Shown in pieces: positions 58,105 through 64,000 of a stretch of 64,000 bases of DNA; the first letter of the stretch is position 1, and each line of letters starts with the position of its first letter. A program made the position numbers and the translations under genes. The stretch is taken from the NCBI GenBank assembly GCA_963809895.1, contig CAWELD010000003.1:3552001-3616000 (forward strand), given 5' to 3'. Source of the stretch: an uncultured Gemmatimonadales bacterium (lineage in GTDB: Bacteria > Gemmatimonadota > Gemmatimonadetes > Longimicrobiales > Gaopeijiaceae). The notes beneath the pieces were generated by a model. That model was given only the letters and a program-made list of their open reading frames with translations. It was not told the origin of the DNA and did not search any database.

Positions 58105-58952
58105 CCGGGTTCCAGCGCCGGTTGCTGGGAGATCTCGCCCACACGCGCTCTGGCGACCGCTATCTGGCGGGTGGCGCGGCCATGCATTTCGCGCCCGATT
58201 CGGCCCGATACAGCGACGATCTCGACTTCTTCCACGACTCCGAGGCGAGGGTCGCATCGACCTTCGCCGCTGATCGGACGCTGCTCGAGGAAGCGGGATA
58301 CGCCGTGGATGTCGAGTTGAGCCTGCCCGGATTCGTGCGGGCGGTCGTGCGGCGAGACGAGGAGGCGACGAGAATCGACTGGGCTCACGATTCGGCGTGG
58401 CGTTTCATGCCCCTGGTGCGGGACCCGCTGGGCGGGCTCCTCCTGGACCCTGTTGATCTCGCCGTCAACAAGGTCCTGGCGCTGGCCGGACGAGACGAGC
58501 CGCGCGATTTCGTCGACGTACTCTTCGTGCACGAGCGGGTCCTGGCGCTGGCTGCTCTGGTGTGGGCGGCCGTCGGGAAGGATCCCGGGCTCACTCCCCT
58601 CTCGCTCCTGGAGCTGCTCCGCCGACGTGGTCGCTACCGACCGGAGGACTTCGAGCGCCTGGCGCTGGTGGAGACCTTCGATCTGGAGCAGGCCAAGGCC
58701 ACATGGCTGGGCGCGCTCGACGCCGCCGACGCTTTCGTACGCCGCCGCCCGCCGGACGAATACGGGTGCCTGTACTACTCCACCCGGGAGAAACGCTTCG
58801 TCGTGCCACGGTCGGATGCCTCGCTGTCCGAGCAGCACATCGTTCCGCACTTCGGTCGACCCGGCGGCGTGGTGCCGCGCGTGGCGGGCGCCCGGCTCGA
58901 CGAGACGGACCCTCCGGGCCCGGCCGCATCCGGAGAGGCTGCCGAAACCTGA
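58095..58952 (+). CDS. AbiEii/MenT-like nucleotidyltransferase (putative toxin)
   Basis: YLAGGAA, RYSDDLDFF and NKVLAL.GR.EPRDFVD motifs. Confidence 0.85.
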   Translation: MPLTGFQRRLLGDLAHTRSGDRYLAGGAAMHFAPDSARYSDDLDFFHDSEARVASTFAADRTLLEEAGYAVDVELSLPGFVRAVVRRDEEATRIDWAHDSAWRFMPLVRDPLGGLLLDPVDLAVNKVLALAGRDEPRDFVDVLFVHERVLALAALVWAAVGKDPGLTPLSLLELLRRRGRYRPEDFERLALVETFDLEQAKATWLGALDAADAFVRRRPPDEYGCLYYSTREKRFVVPRSDASLSEQHIVPHFGRPGGVVPRVAGARLDETDPPGPAASGEAAET

Positions 58953-58977
58953 CTCCGGTGCCCACAGCCGACACACC

Positions 58978-59012
58978 GAGGGGGCGCCCGACCGCCGGCC
59001 GGACGCCCCCTC
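58978..59012. terminator. GC-rich hairpin between convergent genes
   Basis: GAGGGGGCGCCCG-N9-CGGACGCCCCCTC. Confidence 0.55.
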
Positions 59013-59051
59013 ACTGCATGGCCTGCAGCGCGCAGACCGCGGGCCCGTGCG

Positions 59052-60881
59052 CTACATGGATGCCAGGTCCCGCACCACGCCGGCCAGCAATCCCACCTTG
59101 GCCCGGTCGCTGGAGCCCCGGGCATCGGAGTCCAACTGCCCGGCCAGGGCGTTCAGCGCCTGGCTGCGCCCACCGCCGGACATGCCCTCGGCATCGGCCA
59201 GCGCCTGGCGCGTCTCGCCGATGCGGCCCGACGACAGTCCGCCGGAGCGCTCGAGCTGATCCACGTAGGCCCGGGCCAGCGCGAAGGTGGCCGGCCATTC
59301 GAAGCGGCGCTGCTGCTGGGTGTTGAAGTAGTTGAAGCGAACCGTCTTGGCGGCGTCGATCTCGTTCTGGGTCAGGAACGGGCTCGGCGTGAGCTCGAAG
59401 ACGTCCAGCCCGCGCGCGATCTCGGAGCTGTAGATGTAGCCGTTGTACCAGTACGCCGACCACGAGCCCGCCAGCACCAGCTTGGTGGAGTCCATGGGAC
59501 CCCGGTCGAAGTAGGCGATCTCCACGGGGTTGGTGGGATCGGTCCAGTCGAAGACGTCGATGCCGCCCTGATACCAACCCTGCACCATGACCTCACGGCC
59601 GGGGATCGGAATGAGCGACCCGTTGTGCGCCACGCAGTTCTCGTATGGCGTCTGCGCCGCCGGCATCTTGAAGTAGCTCTTGAAGTCCAGGTTCTCACCG
59701 TTGCGCACGAAGACGGCGTCGGCGCCCCACTCGAGCTTGTCGGTGGGCCGGCAGCGGGGCTGGCTACCCCCGCCCCACTCGTCGGTGAAGAGCACCTTGC
59801 TGCCGTCGTTGCTGAAGGTCGCCGAGTGCCAGAAGGAGAAGTTGGAGTCGGCGGCCGCGTACATGCGCCGGGGATTGGCCACGTCGCTGATGTCCAGCAG
59901 CAGCCCGTAGCCCCCACACGCGCCCCCGGCGAGCCCCACGTCGGGATACACCGTGATGTCGTGGCACTGGGTGGGTCCGGTGCGCTGCCTGGGCGGACCG
60001 CGGCGCGGGCGCTGATCGGCGGGCGCCTCGGCGTGGCGCGCCGGCGCGTCCAGCCCCTGGAAGATCCGGGGCGAGCTCACGATGTGCGCCGCCTGGGGAT
60101 CGGCCAGCGGCACCTGGATCACCTCGATGCGGAAGAGCGCCGAGTTGGGGTCTTCGTCGGGAGCGAGCCCGGAACAGCCCGGCAGCTCGTTGGGCGAGCG
60201 CACGCCGGCCGAGCCCGACACGTAGATGTAGACGTTGTTCGGGTCGGCGGGATCGGTGACCACCGTGTGGGTGTGCGATCCGCGGCAGGTCTGGACGTTG
60301 GCGATGTACTTCGGCGCCGTGACGTCGGAGATGTCGAAGATGCGAATCCCCCGGAGCCGATCGGTGCTCACCGTGTCCGGGACACCTTCGGTGCCGCAGT
60401 CCACGCGCCCGCCGAGCCCCTCGCCGGAGATGAAGAGCAGGTTCTCGTAGACCGACACGTCGCTCTGCGAAGCCGGGCACAGATAGGCCTTCTTGAGCGT
60501 GGGCGCGCTGGGATTGCGGACGTCCCAGACCTGGAAGCCGTTGTAGCTCCCCTGGATCACGTCGCTGCCGACGAAGGCCAGGTCCGAGTTGGTGATGCCC
60601 ACGAACCCCTCGGGGGGCGCGGTGGTGGAGACCAGGCGCATGTTCCAGGACGCCTGCTCGGCATCCATCCAGCCGGCGCCCAATCCGACGCGGGGATCGG
60701 GATCGGGCGCGGCCATGGAGGCGCGGCCCACGGGCTCGGGCGCCGGTCCCTGCATCGTCATGGCCGACGAGGACGAGGACCCCGACGCGCACGCGGCGGC
60801 GTTGACCACCACGGCGGCGGCCGCGGCCAGCAGCGCCCGCCGGCGCAGGTGTACGGGTGGGGAGGACGAGGGGGTGCTCAT
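59052..60881 (-). CDS. LVIVD-repeat secreted/lipoprotein
   Basis: NSDLAF, CRGSHTHT, CHDI, FWHSATF and NCVAHNG motifs; repeated xxDISD/P. Confidence 0.85.
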   Translation of the reverse strand: MSTPSSSPPVHLRRRALLAAAAAVVVNAAACASGSSSSSAMTMQGPAPEPVGRASMAAPDPDPRVGLGAGWMDAEQASWNMRLVSTTAPPEGFVGITNSDLAFVGSDVIQGSYNGFQVWDVRNPSAPTLKKAYLCPASQSDVSVYENLLFISGEGLGGRVDCGTEGVPDTVSTDRLRGIRIFDISDVTAPKYIANVQTCRGSHTHTVVTDPADPNNVYIYVSGSAGVRSPNELPGCSGLAPDEDPNSALFRIEVIQVPLADPQAAHIVSSPRIFQGLDAPARHAEAPADQRPRRGPPRQRTGPTQCHDITVYPDVGLAGGACGGYGLLLDISDVANPRRMYAAADSNFSFWHSATFSNDGSKVLFTDEWGGGSQPRCRPTDKLEWGADAVFVRNGENLDFKSYFKMPAAQTPYENCVAHNGSLIPIPGREVMVQGWYQGGIDVFDWTDPTNPVEIAYFDRGPMDSTKLVLAGSWSAYWYNGYIYSSEIARGLDVFELTPSPFLTQNEIDAAKTVRFNYFNTQQQRRFEWPATFALARAYVDQLERSGGLSSGRIGETRQALADAEGMSGGGRSQALNALAGQLDSDARGSSDRAKVGLLAGVVRDLASM

Positions 60882-60915
60882 GAGCGGTCCAGGGAGGGGG
60901 TGGAGAGGGTGGAGG

Positions 60916-61623
60916 TCAGGGCGTGCGGCCGTCGGCCGTCAGCGCGTCCAGCATCTTCTGCATCCGCGCGATCTCGATGGTCTGATCCGCGTAGATGTCC
61001 GACGCCAGCTTGTAGACGAAGTCGTCCTGGGCTCCCCCGTACGTGCCGAAGAGCTCGTCCACCATGAGCAGCGCGCCCTGGTGGTGGGGGATCATGTAGG
61101 TGAGGAAGAGGCTGTCGAAGGCCGGGCCCCGGGCCTGGTCCAGCTCCTCCAGGCGCTCCGCGCTCAGCATGCCGGGCATGGTGGCCATGGTGGGATCCAT
61201 GGTGCCACGGCGGGTGTCGGCGCTCTCGGGCGTGCCGGGGGGCACCGGCTGGTCGTGGTCCGCCAGCCAGGTGCGCATGGTGCGGATCTCGTCGCGCTGC
61301 CCCACCACGATGCGCTCGCACAGCGCCTGCACTGCGCGGCTCGCGCCGTGGGACTGCGCCCAGGCGCCGAAGAGCACGGCCTGGGCGTGGTGCGGGATCA
61401 TGCCGGTCATGAAGCGCACGTCGGCGGGATTGACCGGGTTCTGGTTGCGACGGGCCGCGGCCTCGTAGGCGTCCATCCCCCGGCCGTCGGGGCTCGCGAC
61501 CGTCGCGGATGGGTTCGGCGGGGCGGAGGTCTGTCCCGGGCCGCTGGCGCAGGCGGTGGCCCCGAGGGCGAGGAGGGACGCCAACACGGCGGCCCCGAGC
61601 GTCGGGGAGGGCGACGTCTTCAT
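60916..61623 (-). CDS. DUF305 domain lipoprotein (ferritin-like)
   Basis: FMTGMIPHHAQA and MIPHHQGAL..Q..EI motifs; lipobox ATAC. Confidence 0.88.
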   Translation of the reverse strand: MKTSPSPTLGAAVLASLLALGATACASGPGQTSAPPNPSATVASPDGRGMDAYEAAARRNQNPVNPADVRFMTGMIPHHAQAVLFGAWAQSHGASRAVQALCERIVVGQRDEIRTMRTWLADHDQPVPPGTPESADTRRGTMDPTMATMPGMLSAERLEELDQARGPAFDSLFLTYMIPHHQGALLMVDELFGTYGGAQDDFVYKLASDIYADQTIEIARMQKMLDALTADGRTP

Positions 61624-61748
61624 GCTGTGCTCCGTGGTTCTCGAACGCAGCCGGGAGCAGATCGGCGCCGTCTGTCGGCGCCCGGGCATCTCCCGGCCCG
61701 GATGCGATGCTACACGCTCCGGGCCGGGTTGGAAAGTGCCCGCGGGCG

Positions 61749-64000
61749 TTACGTTCTGGGATCCGGCTCCACGCGGAACGTCTGCTCCTGGCTCGCCCCG
61801 CTCACGGTCAGTCGCGCGGTGAAGGTGCCGGGGAGCGTGACCACCGGCCGCTGGGGGCCGCGGCCGCCGAACCCGCCGCCGAATCCCCGCCCTCCTCCGG
61901 TGAACGGGGTCCACACCGCCCGGTGCATGCCCGCCGAGGTGGCGAAGGGCTCGGGTGGCTGTTGCCACAGGGGCGAGGTGCGCGGGATGCCGCCCTGGCC
62001 TCCCCCTCCGCCGCCCCCGGGCCCTCTCCCCTGCGAGGGCGGCGGCGGGAAGGTCTCCAGCACCGTGCCCTCGTCGTCCAGGATCTCCAGCGTCACGGCG
62101 CCGGGTGCGTCGGCGCCCAGGTAGTAGTCGAGGAACACGCCTTCCGGGGGATTCTCCGCCTGGGGTTCGTCCTTCTGGAAGGGCGTGCCGTTGTCACCGC
62201 CCTGGTCGTAGAGGGTCGTGTCCCGGGGCCGGAACAGGTGCGCGGCGGCGGCCACCACCTGCGCGTCGGCCTGCCTGAGCGCCGCGATGCCGTCGATGAC
62301 CCAGAACCCACGGCCGTGGGTGGCCACGATGAGGTCGCCGTCGTGGACCTGGAAGTCGCGCACCGAGGTCACCGGCATGTTGAGCTGGAGCGGCTGCCAG
62401 TGATCCCCGTCGTCGAACGAGACGAAGGCGCCCCGCTCGGTGCCGGCGAAGAGGAGACCCTGCCGCTCGGGGTCCTCGCGCACCACGTGCACGTACACGC
62501 CCTCGGGCAGACCGGTGGTGATGGCGTCCCAGGTGCGCCCCATGTCGCGGGTGCGGTACACGTGGGGGTCGAAGTCCTCGAGCTGATGCCGGTCGACGCT
62601 GGCGTAGGCCGTGTTGAAGTCGAAGTGCGACGCCTCGATGGTGGTGACGCGGCTCCACGGACCCACGTCGGGTGGGGTCACGTCGGTCCAGGTGCGGCCG
62701 TCGTCGGTGGTCACCTGCACCAGGCCGTCGTCGGTGCCGGCCCACACCATGGGCACCAGCAGAGGCGAGGGCGCCAGGGTGTAGACGACGCCTCGGCGGC
62801 CGTTGGTGTCGGTCTGGTTCGCCGCGGTCTCGTCCAGATTCGGCGGCACGCCGGGCTCGGGCCGGGTCAGATCGTCGCTGATGCGCGTCCACGAGCGGGC
62901 GCCGTCGGTGGACTTGAAGACGTACTGGCTGGCGTAGTAGAGCGCCCGCGGGTCGGCCTGCGAGAGCACCAGCGGCTGGGTCCAATCCGAGCGCTCGGGC
63001 TCGGGCCCGTCGGGGGGATTGCTGGTGCCCGGGATCGCCTCGTTCCGGGCCATGTCGTAGCGGGAGCCCTTGCCCCCGTAGATGATGCCCGGGTGCAGCG
63101 GGTCGCCCACCGTGCAGCCGCTCTCGCCGCCAGCGCCGATGGGCTCCCAGTCGCGCATGGAGATCTCGGCGAACTTGCCCCGTGAGCGCACCGCCACGGC
63201 GCCGCTGTCCTGCTGTGCGCCGGTCACCCAATACGGGAAGCGGTAGTCCACGGACAGGTGGTAGATCTGGGCGATGGGCTGATTCAGCCACGAGCTCCAG
63301 GTGACCTCGGCGGCATCGGCCCGGGCGTTCTGGGTGACGATGCAGCCCTGGTCGCTGGACATGACCATGGTGCCGGGCTCGTCGGGCGAGATCCACGCCT
63401 GATGGTAGTCGTCGCCGCCGGGGGATCCCCGGATGGCCTCCCAGGTGTGGCCCCCGTCGCGCGAGCGGGCCACCACCACGTTGGACACGTAGACCAGGTC
63501 CGCGTCTTCCGGGTCCACCACCACGTGCTCGAAGTACCAGCCGCGACCCCACAGCCCGCCGTCGTCGGACAGACGGGTCCAACTCGCTCCGCCGTCGTCG
63601 GAGCGGAAGAACCCGCCCTGTCCCGTGGCGCCCTGGCCGTAGGCGCCGGCCGTGGGTGGGGGCGTCGGCGCTCCCGGGGGCGGATTCAGGTTGTCGATGA
63701 CCGCGTAGACCCGGTTGGGCTCGCTGGGGCAGACGGCGATGCCGCTCTTGCCCATGCCGTCGGTGGGCAGACCGTTGGTGAGCGCGGTCCAGGTGTCGCC
63801 CCCGTCGGTGGACTTGTAGATGCCGCCACCCGGGCCGTTGGTGGGCGCGTACACGAACCACGGCGGGCGTCGGGTATTCCACAGCCCCGCGTACACGACG
63901 CTGGGGTCGGTGGGATCGATGACCACCTCGATGGCGCCCACGTCCTCGTTCTGGTAGAGGACCTTCTCCCAGCTCCGGCCGCCGTCCTGCGAGCGGAAGA
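61749..64000 (-). CDS. Partial (5'-truncated) BNR/Asp-box VPS10/sortilin-like beta-propeller protein
   Basis: Many S/T-x-D-G-G-x-T/S-W Asp-boxes; THGRGFW. Confidence 0.9.
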   Translation of the reverse strand, partial: FRSQDGGRSWEKVLYQNEDVGAIEVVIDPTDPSVVYAGLWNTRRPPWFVYAPTNGPGGGIYKSTDGGDTWTALTNGLPTDGMGKSGIAVCPSEPNRVYAVIDNLNPPPGAPTPPPTAGAYGQGATGQGGFFRSDDGGASWTRLSDDGGLWGRGWYFEHVVVDPEDADLVYVSNVVVARSRDGGHTWEAIRGSPGGDDYHQAWISPDEPGTMVMSSDQGCIVTQNARADAAEVTWSSWLNQPIAQIYHLSVDYRFPYWVTGAQQDSGAVAVRSRGKFAEISMRDWEPIGAGGESGCTVGDPLHPGIIYGGKGSRYDMARNEAIPGTSNPPDGPEPERSDWTQPLVLSQADPRALYYASQYVFKSTDGARSWTRISDDLTRPEPGVPPNLDETAANQTDTNGRRGVVYTLAPSPLLVPMVWAGTDDGLVQVTTDDGRTWTDVTPPDVGPWSRVTTIEASHFDFNTAYASVDRHQLEDFDPHVYRTRDMGRTWDAITTGLPEGVYVHVVREDPERQGLLFAGTERGAFVSFDDGDHWQPLQLNMPVTSVRDFQVHDGDLIVATHGRGFWVIDGIAALRQADAQVVAAAAHLFRPRDTTLYDQGGDNGTPFQKDEPQAENPPEGVFLDYYLGADAPGAVTLEILDDEGTVLETFPPPPSQGRGPGGGGGGGQGGIPRTSPLWQQPPEPFATSAGMHRAVWTPFTGGGRGFGGGFGGRGPQRPVVTLPGTFTARLTVSGASQEQTFRVEPDPRT

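Noticed and set aside
3258..63882. Many long antisense or alternate-frame ORFs (e.g. 3258-5639 +, 42464-45361 -, 47113-49437 -)
   Set aside because: Shadow ORFs expected at high GC; they overlap genes with recognisable motifs and have low-complexity Arg/Gly/Pro/His-rich translations

Overview
High-GC (roughly 70%+) bacterial chromosomal window. Gene content (four ATPase-less duplicated 'ADOP' permeases with PadR partners, a Gemmatimonas-style TolC/RND, LVIVD/DUF305 and BNR/VPS10 proteins) suggests Gemmatimonadota; this is inference. About 50 CDS and one tRNA-Asn(GTT) are supportable. No CRISPR array, transposase or prophage was seen. The most notable locus is a divergent lipid cluster at 8.8-14.4 kb: a serine palmitoyltransferase-like AOS enzyme, an acetoacetate-decarboxylase-fold protein lacking its catalytic Lys and a DAG/ceramide-kinase-family enzyme on the minus strand, facing a PlsC-type acyltransferase, a Tam41-like cytidylyltransferase and a PIP-synthase-like CDP-alcohol phosphotransferase. 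This looks like a candidate phosphosphingolipid pathway. Other highlights: four PadR/ADOP modules, each with a different permease N-terminal domain and a different palindromic operator; an AbiEii/MenT-like nucleotidyltransferase TA pair with a leaderless promoter; an RHH-nucleotidyltransferase fusion; a 176-bp palindromic element next to a G-rich 17-bp tandem repeat; and an ECF sigma/anti-sigma pair with five frameshifts. All functional calls come from motif recognition by eye, with no database searches.
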